Notes: generated from the letters alone by a model not told the origin. DNA of 64,000 nucleotides from the human T2T-CHM13v2.0 reference genome, Homo sapiens (GCF_009914755.1 NC_060933.1); one strand, 5' to 3'; positions 1-14,924 are shown, counted from the first letter of the stretch. Translations and numbers: made by a program.

Positions 1-823
1 AGCACTCTGACTTATTTTCTGTCTTGTGAATAAAGTGAGACCCCCTCCTCACCATTGTACATCCTTATTTAGAATTCTAAACTGTCCACTGTTTTAAAAT
101 CCTATCCAAAAGTTTTGGATTACATTGACTCCATTCAACAACAGTGTCTAGTTTCAATAAATATTATTGATATTGTTGGTTGTTTAAATTATGTTGGAAT
201 TTAATTCTTACATATCCAAATGTGGCTCCCTGCTTTGCCTCTAAAAATCTAATAAATATGACAAGAGTGAGCAATACCTCTTGCCATATTTGCTGTTGTA
301 GTGTTAATTTGTCTGCTGTGTTTATAAAAGCTCTTCTTTCTGCAGTGATAATGATATATTACACAATAAGAATTTTTCTACTTGTCACGTAAACCTGAAA
401 TAAGTTGTTAAAATTCAGTCTCAAATTGAAAGTATTAACTCATTTAGAAGATTTTATTGTAAAAATGGCAACATCATTGCCATTTTAGGCATTATCTCAT
501 CTCCTGTCAATAAAAATAATGTTTAGGTATAAAAGTTAAATTACATTCATTACTATCATAATAATGGTACAACTTTGTACTAAAAACTTCAGCAGGTTTA
601 TGTTTGTTACTAAGCAACAACAAGTAGGTAAGACTAATACTTTTCAATGAATATGTGGTCAAATACAAGGTATAAGGCATGTTAAGGGACAGATTACTTG
701 TGCAAAAGAGGGTTGTGTTCAGAGGGCCAGGTGATTTTTGTTGCTTTGATTTATTTGGTTATTGATGTTATGCCTATTAATCTGTGATTAATTTAATTTT
801 AAGCAATGTATCTTTGAAGTTAC

Positions 824-1006
824 ATATGGTAAATGTAATGACTATGAAAAGTCTGATAATTTTTAATATTTAAGAATTATTTACTTATGTATGCTTACAT
901 AGAGAACATACTATATATATGGTAAATATACTGACCATGAAAAGTCTAATAATTTTTAATATTTAAGAGTTATTTACTTATGTATGCTTACATAGAGAAC
1001 ATGCTA
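824..1006. repeat. 93-bp-period tandem duplication (2 copies)
   Basis: ATATGGTAAAT...AGAGAACAT(A/G)CTA occurs at 824-913 and 917-1006 with a constant 93-bp offset and a handful of substitutions. Confidence 0.95.
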
Positions 1007-1587
1007 ACCAATTTTTAAATATTATGTGCAATTGCATTATACCCATCATTTAAATTATCTCTAAAAACAAGTTAGAATCCATCTTGAAAGACATTACACT
1101 AGGCATGATCATATGATCATTATATGGTGGGCTTGAACAACATGAAGCATTAACTCTTTCTACTAAATAGAGTAGATTCATAAGAAAATTGATGTTTTAA
1201 TATATTACCTTTGAAAATGTTTCAGATAAACAAAAATTGGCTTTATTTATTTTATGTTCATATATTGCCTGCTATAATCATCACTAATGTGTAAACGAGA
1301 ATCGATCCATATATGTGAAAACATCTACACATAATGCAAGGAGTAATTCCAGTATGAATAATGATAAAAATAATGGTAATCAAGATTCAAATTCAACTAT
1401 CCTGATGTGTTTCACACGAATTAGCCTTTCCCTCTTATAAATCTTCCTTATTAAAATATCTTAAAACACACAATATTAATTGCTTTTTGAAATGGGCTTT
1501 TGATGTATAGAGAGAAACAATATGGAAGAAGTATATAATTTTATAGTGTCTCACCCGAAAAATGTATATCTTTTATACTACCACCCC

Positions 1588-1940
1588 TGTATTAGTCTGT
1601 TTTCATGCTGCTGATGAAGATATACCCGAGACTGGGCAGTTTAAAAAAGAAAGAGGTTTAACTGGACTTACAGTTCCAAGTGGCTGGGGAAGCCTCACAA
1701 TCATGGTGGAAGGCAAGGAGGAGCAAATCACATATTACATGAATGGCAGCAGGCAAAGAGAGCTTATGCAGGAAAACCCCCCTTAGAATAACCATCAGAT
1801 GTCGTGAGACTTACTCACTATCACGAGAACGGCACAGAAACGATCTGCCCCCGTGATTCAATTATGTCCCACCACGTCCCTCCCACAACACGTGGGAATT
1901 CAAGATGAGATTTGGGTGGGGATACAGCCAAACCATATCA
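1588..1940 (-). mobile_element. THE1-family (MaLR) solo LTR
   Basis: Minus strand reads TGATATGGTTTGGCTGT...CTAATACA, the THE1 termini; 353 bp; perfect 5-bp TSD ACCCC at 1583-1587 and 1941-1945. Confidence 0.95.
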
Positions 1941-4900
1941 ACCCCTTTCAATCCTTTATTCTTCAACTCTCCTTGGAGAAGTCTGGCATTTTGTTTTCTA
2001 TTTCAAAGCAAATGCTAAGGCAGCCTCCCTCTCCTAGCCTTCTTCCTTTGAACTTGTTAAAAATCCAGGATTATGATCTCTTTCTTTACACATATCATTT
2101 TTCACACTATCCAGCAATCTCCAAGCCACTCTAACACTGACCCACAAAGATTTTAGCACATGACTCAAAGTTCTTTTTTCTCTGGACAATACACTTGTTA
2201 CCTTCTGAGTAGATTTTCTCATTCACATTACCTCTGTTTTAGTGACCTATTCCACTTTTAATGTCTTTGTGACCTTTATGTCCTCAGAAGATCAGCAAAT
2301 AACTCCCATAGTACCCTCTTTAAAGTTCCCAGTTTCAAGAGGCAATGTGATTTTTGGAAGATGGATTTTGAAGGTACAAGGTCTCGTTTTGATCACTAGT
2401 CTTACATTAGTTAGTTTACATGAATTGGTCATTGACAATGTATGTAAGGATAAATAGGGCTTTCACATTTTCCTATAAAATGGAAATACAGCTAACATCC
2501 AGAGATGATGGAAGAAGTGAGTCAATGCACACACAAAGTATCAGATGAAATAGATCATGATCAATCCTTGACTCAAAAAAGGTTTGCAAAATATGGAGAC
2601 AAAATTCAATAATATTTTTTTCTTATGCTATTTTCTAATTCTGGGAAGTAATTCTTCCTATTGTCTTTCTCTTGGAACTGAAATCCTACCCATGGATATC
2701 TTTCCTATGAGAATTATTTCCTGTTCCTCTGAGCCATAAACAATGGTTTCTACTTCAGTACTTTAGGCCTGTTTCATTACTTAACACTGCATTACATTTA
2801 CTTTACTTTATGCTACTGTATTAAGAATCTTAAAATCAGTGGTTATGTCTCATTTACTTATAAATCTCCCATACAGATTTTTCATTTCTCACTTAAATGA
2901 TAGGTGCCCAAAGAGTGAGCCTTTCTTAAATAAATACATGAATGATGGATTTAGCAAAGCTTTCCTAGTTGTTTGGAAAGAGGAGGGTTGGAAAATAGCA
3001 TCAGTTAAAAAATATATACCTAATTGAAAATATACTTAGTGTCCCTGGTGAGACAAAATGGCATGAATGCTATTTTTATTATCTTGCCTGCCTACTGTTT
3101 ACCCAGATTATATTTAGAGTTCAATGCTCCCTGAATCACAGAATTTGGAGAACCAGCTCGTGTAGGAAAACAAAACAATACACAAGGAAAGAACTTCCTC
3201 TTCCTTATGTCTAGATAGACACATAATCTAGTTTCTCCAAAGGCAAGAAAGAATTATTTTATTTACTGAACCCAAAGTGCATAGTTGGGAATGTAAAATT
3301 CACACCTTTGATGTTAGATTTCCGTTCTTTCATTTTCATGTTAAAAGTTGGAGTATGAGAGGGGATTTTCATCAAACTTCAAGCCAGTAACACTTGTTAA
3401 ATGAGTCTTGGATGCAGATGTTAAGGATAGGCTTTGACATATAAATAGAGAAAAAAAAATCAGAAGTAATTCCATTCAGTTATACAGTCACTAGGTACAT
3501 CTCTTTTCCTATTATACAGAGATATTTAAGTTTATTTTTTCTCTCATATAGTGCTGGATCTCTTCCACATCAAGTTATTATAAGAAATAAATAACTACAA
3601 TTTGTATAAATTTATTGCTTTGTACATCAAATGTGAATGTGCAATTTAATGAAGCTTTCAGATTGTCTAGATCTTGTCTTATATTTTAATTTTATTTAAC
3701 AACAGTAATTTGTCAGACAACTAGGCTGAACAAAGACAATGGAGAGCTGTTGTACTAAGAGTATGGCTTTGAATTAAACTACAATAAATAGATAGATAAA
3801 TAAATAAATAAGTAAAAAGTTTTACCATGTTAATGGATGTTTTCCTTGGTACAAATTGATATATTATTTAAAGAAAATTTATTTTCACAGTTGTTATCTG
3901 TCTTCTAAAAGCCTCACAAAATATTTTACCAGTATAATTTCTCTCTTAGGGTATTGGTAACTCTAATTATTGTCCATTTTACATTCAAAATTTTGAAATG
4001 GTGAAAAACATGATACATGATGAGAAGCATTTCTGACAAGAGAAGGTGTGCTGGCTGGCTTCAAAGACACTTCATCTTAGTGAGTATGATTATCTTGATT
4101 TTCTAAAAGCTGTATCATGTCACAACACCAAAGGACAATGAGAATTTGGGGATAAATTTATTACAATTAAATTAACTGATTGCAATTAATTGTTTGTCAT
4201 TCATAAAAAAAGAACCCTGAATCTTTTCAGTTATAGGGATGCTTACATTCCCATGAAGTGAGTTCCTTTCTTGGTGTGAATGAATTTGGAAAAACAATTA
4301 ATGATGATGACATTGCATGGTATATTGTAATAAGAGAATAATAGGTAGACAGATATCAAGTGACACTTAATTCAGAAGATAAGGAAGTTGACATGATATC
4401 TGGATTCATTATAAAGGATTTGTGGAGATCTTTGTCTTTTTTTCCACCCAACACAATTTCTGTGCTCATTAATTATGCATTCTTTTTCAGTTAATAACTA
4501 CCTATTATAAAAGCAAGGTTTTTCTACACAATAATTCCTGATATGTCTATAATTGATCAAATTCACTTATAAAGGATAGGCTTTAGTTACATATTTTCAA
4601 GTTATTACAGAATATTTCACATTCTTTCTAACTTGTGCATATCCATATAACTGGTTTTGAATGTTGGTCTAACACTTACTAAATACATAATCATAAATAT
4701 TTATTTTTCCATCACTATAATAGCTTTGATATTGTCAACATTGTGTTGAAATGATGTGAAATAAAGCAGTATTTAAAGTAACTAAACTCAACACATTTCA
4801 GGGTTTTTTTTTCTAATTTAGGATATATATTATATATATATATGCTAAATTACATATTTATATTCTACACAGGATAAATAATGACTCATTGTTAATATTC

Positions 4901-5450
4901 ATTAGAACAAAGACTGGATCTGAAATTAGAACCCATGATATTAACTATTTTATTTGCAACAAAACTTTATTTTCCATACCAGGAAATTTTCCTTACACTA
5001 GATTTTTTACTTGCTATGTCTGTCTGCCATCTCTTACTGTTTTTTTAAGAATAACAGTTTGCTTTTTCAGAAAAGGAATAGATTATGTCTTTCCATAATT
5101 CAGGATTGCAGTAGATTTTCCTTTGTAGATGACTGATCAAAAGTCATGTTTATGTTAATAGTTAATTTATTCTCTGTATAAATCTTAAATGTGAGAACTT
5201 AGTAACTGGTCGAAATTGAGTTATATAATTTAATTACCATGATCTTAGGCAAGTTATTACTATGTTTCACCATTTCTGCATTTGTATAATGATTCAGGAA
5301 GTTAAGCTGTGATGACGATCATTGCATAAAAACAGATTCTCCACACCCACATTTATAAACATATGCATACATAACAGTCACAAATACCTTATCAAGTATT
5401 GCTCATAGAGACGTAGTAATAGTATGTCTTCTTTAAAGGTATAAAAAATA

Positions 5451-5721
5451 TTTTTTCTTTTGAGACGGAGTCTTGCTCTGTCGCCCAGGCTGGGTTGCAG
5501 AGGCAGGATCTCTGCTCGCCGCGAGCTCCACCTCCCAGGTTCAAGCGGTTCTCCTGCCTCAGCCTCCCAAGCAGCTGGGATTACAGGTGCGTGCCACCGT
5601 GCCCTGCTAATTTTGTTATTTTTAGTAGAGACCGAGTTTTGCCGTGTTGACCAGGCTGGTCTCTAACTCTTGAGATCCGCCCACGTCGGCCTTCCAAAGT
5701 GCTGGGGTTACAGGCGTGCCC
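5451..5721 (-). mobile_element. Alu (AluS-like), diverged, 8-bp internal deletion, 5' end eroded
   Basis: T-tail, then TGAGACGGAGTCTTGCTCTGTCGCCCAGGCTGG... to CAAAGTGCTGGGGTTACAGGCGTG. Confidence 0.93.
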
Positions 5722-6859
5722 AGACACATCTTTAAATTATTAAGAACTCTCCATAAAGAAAGATAGCAGAAGAACAAAATGCCATTATGTCACTAGGCAA
5801 AATAAGAGAGTCCTAATCAGCTAGTTTTATTTTAATTGAGAATTTCCTTGGCCCATCAATTGACTTCGAGTACTTTAAGAAGGCAAAAATTAAAGGTACA
5901 GAAAGATATGTGCATATAATTATTCATTGCATCCTTGTTTATAACATTAAAAATCGAGAAACCGCCACTATTTTCCACAGGAGCTTGTTAAATAAGTTAT
6001 GGTATAATCATCATTTAATGTTGTTGTTATTAAAAATGCTTGAGAAAAAAATGACGTTAGTGAATAAAAATATCTGGATACACACAACCGCATATTTACA
6101 TATGATATGTTGGCCTACATAGTTACTAAGAGGATCAGAATTGACATATAACCATAATTCCTTTTAGTAATTAATTGATATTATATAATCTAATGTTTAG
6201 GAGTTTCTTAATAACTAAAGATATTTTGAGCTAAATGATTTAAATGCAGATCTTTCACTTGGTTATAATATTTTCATTTTACCTTCATTGCATTTAGTTC
6301 TTTCTATTAACTACTTGCCAGCATTTTATTATCAGAACACACATGAAATATGAAGTAAATATCTAAACACTGGATTGAATTCCCTTGCTTTTCTCCTTGA
6401 TCAAAACCAGGTCCAAAGATTTTTTTTCTAAACTGAAACAAAACAAAATAAAACAACAACAACATAAAACTACTTTCTTAATGGAATGGTATATAATAAT
6501 GTTTTTAAGATATCCGTGTACAAGATAATAGAATGACAAAGTCACAAGTCACAACAATTAAGTGAGGGGACAGAATAGGGCGGGCTAAGTGCTTGGTATC
6601 TAGTCTTATTTGATATTTCGAATATATAATGTCAAATATAAAATAACCACTTCAGAAAACATCTCCACTGTGCTTCTACAGTTATCAGCAATAACATTAT
6701 GTCCATATCTTAGTTATAACCTTGTTAATCTTACATTTAAGCAAGGAAGACAGATAACTAAACCAGTAATGAAAGCAGAGTGATGGGTGTGCAGTGTGCC
6801 ACGGGAGAATACACAGGAATACAGTCTAATCCTTAATAAAACATTAGCGAAACAAAATA

Positions 6860-7211
<352 letters not shown>

Positions 7212-8005
7212 TTAACTACAAGGAAGATAGATCCAAGAATATTAAAATGATACAATAAAACATTTTAATGCAAACCAACAATAAAACCAGTAAAAAGTAA
7301 AACTTAACAGATGCATTAAAAGCTTCCAATGTCATTTTACATGCATATTTTGTAAAAGCATTAGAAAGCCAGAAACATAGACATATTTTCTCAACACATG
7401 AGGAAGAGAAGATGTCAGGGCAAGTACCATTTCAGTTGACAAAGAAACTAAGGGAAAAAGCATACCATATATATGTAATTTCTAATATATATAATTTAGC
7501 TCAGATTCCCTAAAAAAGGTAAGATATAGAAGTGGGGATGAAAAGGAGGGAATGTTCATTGAGAGAAAATGATGTATATTCAATTACTTCATTAATTGAT
7601 ATTGTAATAATATAAAATAGAAAATAATACTTTAAAGGTGGAAAACACCTAATTAAGTAATATTTTGCTAATAGACGACAGTGCAGATTCATTTCTGGAC
7701 TTCGATGGAGAGGAAGATTTGGAGATGAGATGGAAACATTCTGTCAGAGGTCATAACTGTCAAAGTCAAATCGGATAGATACACACAGGGTTCGGTTAGA
7801 GAAGAAGATTAATTTACCTATGTCAGCGAATATATGTTAGGCTGCAGTAAAAATGGGACTGGAAATATAAGGTGTGTGAATTTTAGTAGAAATTTGAAAG
7901 TCAGAGTTTAAGCTTAATTGTGTAGACAATAATATCATAGCACCACAGTATGTAATGCTGAATGGGATTTCAGATATTCACTCCAGTTTTGGTAATTTTT
8001 TAAAA

Positions 8006-8132
8006 ATTATGCTTTAAGTTCTGGGGTACATGTGCAGAATGTGCAGGTTTGTTACATAGGTATAACTGTGGCATGGTGGTTTGCTGCACCCATCAACCCG
8101 TCATCTACATTAAGTATTTCTCCTAATGCTAT
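8006..8132 (-). mobile_element. L1PA7/8-like 3' terminal fragment (~125 bp)
   Basis: TTATGCTTTAAGTTCTGGGGTACATGTGCAGAATGTGCAGG...TTTCTCCTAATGCTAT is the reverse complement of the L1PA 3' UTR end. Confidence 0.9.
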
Positions 8133-8212
8133 TGAGAAAACTGATGCTCTTAAAACTTTAAATGACTTGATTGTAATGACAGTATCAAGACCTGAATTCA
8201 AATCATATTCTC
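8133..8212 (-). mobile_element. MIR fragment (probable host of the adjacent L1 fragment)
   Basis: TGAGAAAACTGATGCTC...TTAAATGACTTG...GAATTCAAATC resembles the MIR core in reverse orientation. Confidence 0.4.
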
Positions 8213-10206
8213 CTTAGCAAAGAAACAGTGTTGAGGAGAGTGAGTCAAACAGTGGGTTCTTGCAATAATAATTCATTTTAGAAACAGTAATCTCTGAATT
8301 ATATTGAGAAAATATTTGCATAATTGATGGAAGTAAGAATATTAAATAAAAACATCAAAGAGCACTTCTGAAGAAAGGTGTAAACATAGAAAATGAAAAT
8401 ATAATTTGGAAATGAGAGTGAGGTGTGAGTACTAAGGAATTTTCAAAGGAAGATGTGACAGAATTTAGTGAACATAAAATTGAAAAGTGAAGAATAAGCC
8501 ATCAATTCTAGATTTCTGAACTAGAAGACTTTGGGGCAATTAGGCATTATTCAAAGCTAAACTGTTGAGAAAATATGCCATATTTAGTGAAAACAAACCT
8601 ACAGACTAGTTATTATGATGGAATAATACCATAAATTTAAGTTAACCCTTCAGAGATGTACGTGGAATCAAAATAATTTTATTTTGCACTATTTCTGTAA
8701 ACATTAATTTTTTTGTCTAAATAGGAGTTTATTTTCCCCAAAATTTTGAATCATGCACATATAAGAAAGAGAATCCTGAGCTTCTAGGGATACATTTTGG
8801 AGCATTCAGTTTGTTTATTTGTTCCCTGGAATTAGAAACCTTCCAAGGAAAAAAGATGAAATGGCAATTACTATTAATACCTTTGGGTCTTCACTCCAAA
8901 ATCCGGACCAAATACCAAACAAATTATTAATTTTTTTCAGAAGATATAAAATTCTCTCTCTCTCATCTTGCTTCCTCCCTCACCTCTCTCCTCTCTCCTT
9001 TCCCTCCTTCATTTTATCCTCTCTCGTACATACACACTGGTAGCAGGAGTTTGGTACACAAAGTAAATATATTAGCCTGGAAGTAAATATTTGGTTGACA
9101 TGCTGTGGTTAAGTAATTTACAAAATATAACTTACTAAATTCAAATTTGCAATGTACTCAGGTTTTTCACCTTTATTTTCCTCTTCATCAACTCGTAATT
9201 AATTCTTGTTCTTTTAAGTGCCCAAGATACAAAATTATCTATTTTCTTTCATCTACCTTGATCTCTGTGGAAATCTAGTGCTCTTATTCTGGTTTCTAGA
9301 GGTCTTGCCTTTATGTTCAGGATGAACTTCATGCAAAATAGCCTGTGACATTGCATGATGTCACTCTCATTTCTCTTTTGTCATGGGTTTCTCCTTTTTC
9401 TAGCTATGTTATATGCGTTACCATTTCCCCTACAACTTTTCTAACTGATTTTTTTTCTATTTCTTCTTTCTCAGGTAAAGACCGATTTAATTAAGAGTAA
9501 CTGTAGTACCTTCTTTGATAGCAGAGCAATGTTGTATGTATGTGTGCATCTGCAGAAAGTACAGGCACTCAAATCATGATGTATAATTTAAAAGTTATAC
9601 AATAAAAATCAGATGGAGAAAGGAAGCAAAAACCACAATGAAAAATCTACCTATTATTTCACCAATCTTTAAGTAAAATACCTCAAAGAAATTTTCAAGT
9701 CATTTAAAAATGTGTGGAATATGTGAATATATTCTGCAAAATGACCAAAGCCTATCCATATTTGTTTAAATTTGCATTTACTTCTCTATTTTACTTACTT
9801 TGAAATCCTCTATTATTTATTTTCACTCTGAAAAATGGTTAATCATATAAAGTTATCATTCAAAAAATACAGTGCAAAATAGAATCTATATTAACTTTTA
9901 CAGGAACAATAAAGATGTCCATAAATGAATTATAAATTGCATCACAAAAAGCATCAGAATAATTTTTAAGGTAAGTGGAATGAGACAATTCTCTATCAGA
10001 AAACTAGAGCAAAGCAATATTTTGACATATAAAATAATTACTTTCTGTTTGGGAGGCAAAATATACTTGTTATCAAGTATAAATTGATCCATAAAACACT
10101 AATATTTCTTCTAGAATAGCCAAAAATTTTCAATTTTTATTATTTTGAGGGAATAAGTGTTTTTAATAAGTAATGTTCAAAATAAACATTAATGCTTACT
10201 GAAAAT

Positions 10207-10385
10207 CATATGCAAAAATTACCTCAAAATGGATCATAGACCCAGATTTAAAACCCAAAATTATAACATGTGTAGAAGAAAATATAGGAGAAAAGCTTTG
10301 TTACCTTTGAGTAGGCAAGGATTTCTTAGAACACCAAAAGCATAAACTGTATTTTAAAAAACTAATAAACTGAACTTCAATTTTT
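10207..10385 (+). mobile_element. Old L1M ORF2 3'-region fragment
   Basis: CAAAAATTACCTCAAAATGGATCATAGAC...AGAAGAAAATATAGGAGAAAA...GGCAAGGATTTCTTAG matches L1 ORF2 C-terminal DNA. Confidence 0.7.
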
Positions 10386-10849
10386 AAACAGATACTTTTT
10401 TATCAGTATATGGCAGTGTATATCTTATCTAAATTTTTAGTAAACTTGAATAACATGAGCCAAAGGGGAAAAAAAAACCTCCTCTTTTATTTGATAATAT
10501 TGCTCATTTATCCAATTGTTTTTGGATTATAGAGTTCAAGTAATACTTTTAAAAGATGCATACGTCTATATTATTTACAACATTGTTTTTAGCCTCCCAC
10601 CCAAAGATAAAATAAGATATTGATGAAGGGACTTTGCTAAAAATAGAAGTGTTAACTTTTTGTGTATTAATCATACTAGAAATAATATAATCTTATATGT
10701 TATGGCAAAGATTGTGGAGGCACACTAAGGTTTTTATTACGGCTCCTTCTGATTCCAAGATAGGGCTGATGACCCATGCTGTCTAATAGGCTAAGAATAG
10801 GGATGTCGTATGTCTATTGTGTATCAAAACATTGAAGAGTTAGCATGAT

Positions 10850-11073
10850 CCCTTCAGAGTGTCTTCCCTTGATATAGCAACTAGGAGGCTGAATGATCCA
10901 GCTGGTGCAGTTATTAGACACTGGAGTTTCCATCAGGCTGGATCCCTGAGTGACAGTGTGGACAAAGAACACTGAGAAAATGTAGCATGAATGAGAGATA
11001 AACTTTTGTTTTGTTAAGCCACTCATATTTGGGAATGTTTGTTATCACTGCATATCCTAACCTAACAAATATG
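10850..11073 (+). mobile_element. MLT1J/K-like MaLR LTR, 3' part
   Basis: GGATCCCTGAGTGAC...GCATGAATGAGAGATAAACTTTTGTTTTGTTAAGCCACT...TTTGTTA is the typical old MLT1 3' end; left boundary uncertain. Confidence 0.65.
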
Positions 11074-12028
11074 TACTTTTTTATTAACACTTTCAATATA
11101 CCAATGTCAAGAACTCTTATTTATCAATTCATGTTAAAATTTGTCTAATATGTCAATTTTACTCACTCATAATCTAATTATTTGCCTTTATTATATTCAG
11201 TCATTTAAATTTGTAACATCAACATATTTCTACTTTTATTTTCTGTCTTGCCATAGCTTAAAAAATGCATTTTACTTATAAGAATATGTGCACCCAAAGA
11301 GCTTTTGAACCCAGAAGAGGCATAAAGTTATATGAGCCAGAGCTGTCATTTTACTGAAACCCTTGGGGTTACGCTGGGCCAACTTCTATGTAAGAATTGT
11401 GGCAGAGCAAATGAGTGATTTGCAGTGGCAAAGAGTAAGAAAGATATTAATTGTTACATGTGTATCATGCAAAGTTTTCTAATATATAATGGTATAAAGA
11501 TCATTTACATTTAGTACAATTGAATTTTTGTAATAGGGATATTTCATTTTCATAATTATTAATTTCCAGTATTTTAAATAAAATGGTGAACAAAATTTCT
11601 AGAAAAATGATCAGAGAGACAAGCAGCATTTGACAGATGAAGATATGTGAATAGCCTCAAACCTGTGGACAAATGTTCAACTTATCAGAAACAAAATACA
11701 TATGTTAATAAAATAGAATAGTAACAAAACACAGATTGGCCTATCTTATTGGTAAACACTGAGAAGAAATACAGAAAATAAAGTTGACATGATATGAGGA
11801 AATTCACTAAAAACGGTGTTTTGGAACAAAGAGTGCTGCAAATTTTGTAGGGAAATATTGATAATTTATACTAAGATAAAGCAAATATTTTCAAGAAAAT
11901 TCTAATTATGATGGAAATAAAGCAGCTACAAAGTTCAAAATGGAAGATCAACAGAATTTGATATACAATATAAATAAGTCAACTAATTGAACTTAAATGC
12001 ATTTACAAGGAAATGTGTTGATTTTTAA

Positions 12029-12189
12029 GGGGGAGGGATAGCATTTGGAGATATACCTAATGTTAAATGACCAGTTACTGCGTGCAGCACACCAACTTGG
12101 CACATGTATACATATGTAACTAACCTGCACGTTGTGCACATGTACCCTAAAACTTAAAGTATAATAAAAATAAATAAATTTAAAAAAAA
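12029..12189 (+). mobile_element. L1PA3-like 3' terminal fragment with A-rich tail
   Basis: GGGGAGGGATAGCATTTGGAGATATACCTAATGTTAAATGAC...CCCTAAAACTTAAAGTATAATAAAAA. Confidence 0.93.
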
Positions 12190-12232
12190 CAAATATGTGT
12201 TTGTCTTCTACAATTATCCTATAATTGTGTCA

Positions 12233-12668
<436 letters not shown>

Positions 12669-12689
12669 TTATGTAATAGGGTGTGTTGG

Positions 12690-13530
12690 GATAGGTTGGA
12701 ACAGCAGGGGGGCATTTATAGTGGGCAGTGAGGTGAGGCCTTACTGCCAAAGTGCCATTTACCTGAAAGATGAAAGACAAGAAATAGCTGAAGGAAAGGC
12801 AAGCTAGATGGACAAACACAGAGGCTCTAGGATAAAGATGAGCTTGGTGTTTGAAGAATAGAAAGATACCATGGGTTTGAGCCTGATAGGTCAGAGGAAG
12901 AGTGCTGTGGAATAAATTTAAAATCAGGTAGTCAAGTCTTTTGCTACTTGGAGGCCAAAGTAAGGGAAATTGATTTTATTTCAGGTGCTGTGGTTAAGAG
13001 GCAGAGGACTTTCACCAAGAAGAGTAATCTGGATTTGTTTACGTTTTACAGATCATTCTTGTTTCTGTATGGAAAACAGACAGTTCAGGGAGCTAGAGAT
13101 ATAACAGTGCAACTTCTAAAGTGAGTGTTGTAGTATTAAGGAAAGAAATAAAGAAGTCTGGGCCAGGACAGTAGCTGTGAGGCTCGAAAGAAGTGAGGTA
13201 ATTCAATAGCTGTGTGATTATTGAAGTCCTAGATTTTGGGGGTTTTGAATAGAGCTACTAGATGGTTTTATTTGTTGCATTAGGGAAGACTAGAAGGAGA
13301 ATACATTAGTGGTCAGTAGAAGGGGAGAAATCATAAGCTCGTGTTTGTCATTGTGACTCTAAGATGGAATTTTAAGCAATCCTACTTACTGCGTATATAA
13401 ATTTGGATCTCAGTGGATGAGTCAGAGCCCTTTTCATGGAAGTGGTTTTATAAGTCAAAATAGTAGATGACAGCACTAAGGGAGACACCGTAGTTAGAGG
13501 TAAGAGCAAAGAAATCTTTCGGAAGTCCCT
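12690..13530 (-). mobile_element. L2 fragment
   Basis: Purine-rich sequence with L2 antisense motifs (GAGCTTGGTGTTTGAAGAATAG, GATTTTATT, GATCATTCTTG...TGTATGGAAA, ATTAGGGAAGACTAGAAGGAG). Confidence 0.65.
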
Positions 13531-13702
13531 TAATGCGGTTTCCCTTTAAATCTATGCCGCCTAACACTCACCATAATAGCAAGCACATTTTTCTCTCTCT
13601 TCAGAAAAATATGAAACTAGAACCGTGTTATTTAATAAATTACAGGAAGTTCTGCAGTGCCACATTTCATATAAAAACTATTCACCCACATTTCAGATTT
13701 AA

Positions 13703-14924
13703 ATATTTTTATTATAAATTAACAAATTATAGTTGCATATATTTATGTAGTACAAAGTGATGTTATGATTTATAAATACAACATGTAATAATTAAAACAA
13801 GCTCACATATCCATCACCTCAAATATTTATCCTTTTGTGGTGCGAATGTTTGAAATTTATTCTTAGTAATTTAAAAATGTACATTATTAACTATATTCAC
13901 CACACTGTGCGATAAATCTAAAAAAAAATCTTATTCCTCCTGTGTAACTGAGGCTATGTGCTCTTTGACCATCATCTCCCCATTCTCTCATCCCCCGCCC
14001 CATTCTGCTCTCTGCTTCTATGAGTTTGGATGTTTCAGATTCCACATATGAGTTGGAACACATGATATTTCTGTTTCTTTGTCCAGTATATATCACATAG
14101 CATAATTTTCTTCAATTCCATTCATTTTGTTAAAAATGACAGAACATATTTCTTTTGTAAGGTGGTGTGGTATTGCATTGTGAATATATACCATTTTCTG
14201 TTTGTCCGTTCATCTGCTGATGGACACTTAGGTTGGTTCCACAATTTTGCTATTGTGATTATTACTGCAAGGAATGCTGGAGTGTAGGCATCTCTTCAAC
14301 ACATTGATTGTAAATCTTTTGGGTAAATACCCAGAAGTGAGATTGCCGATTCATATAGTAATTCTATTTTTGTTTTTTTGAGGGACCACCATACAGTTTT
14401 TCATAAATGACTATACAAACTTAACTATCCACCAACAATGTACAAGGGTTGCCTTTTCTCCACATCTTCACCAACCCTTGTTATGTTTCATTTTTTTACA
14501 ATAGTATTTCTGAAAGATATGATGTGTTATATCATTGTGATTTTAATTTGCATTTCACTAATTATTAGTGATGTTGAGCATTTTTCCTACATCTGCTGTC
14601 CATTTGTATGTCTTCTTTTGAGAAATGTATATTCAGAACCTTTGACCAGTTTTAAATTGGATTATTTGTTTCTTTTCTGTAGAACTGTTTGAATTCCTTA
14701 TATAATTTGGATATTAATCTCTAACAGATCTACAGCTTGCAAACATTGTCTCCCATACTGTAGGTTGTATATTCACTGTGTTGTTTCCTTTGTTATGCAG
14801 AAGCTTTTCATTTAGATATAATCCAATTTGTCTATTTTTGCTTTTGTTGCCTGTGCTCTTGGTGTCAAATCTAAAACAAATCATTTCCCAGATCAATGTT
14901 GTGTAGTTTTTCCCCTGTGTTCTC
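13703..14924 (-). mobile_element. L1MA-type (L1MA8/9-like) 3' fragment
   Basis: L1MA 3' UTR reverse motifs (CATATCCATCACCTCAAATA, GATGGACACTTAGGTTGGTTCC, GGGTAAATACCCAGAAGTG) running into ORF2 C-terminal DNA. Confidence 0.88.

Noticed and set aside
12010-12210. TSD around the short L1PA3-like fragment
   Set aside because: Only ATGTGTT is shared between the flanks; too weak to call.
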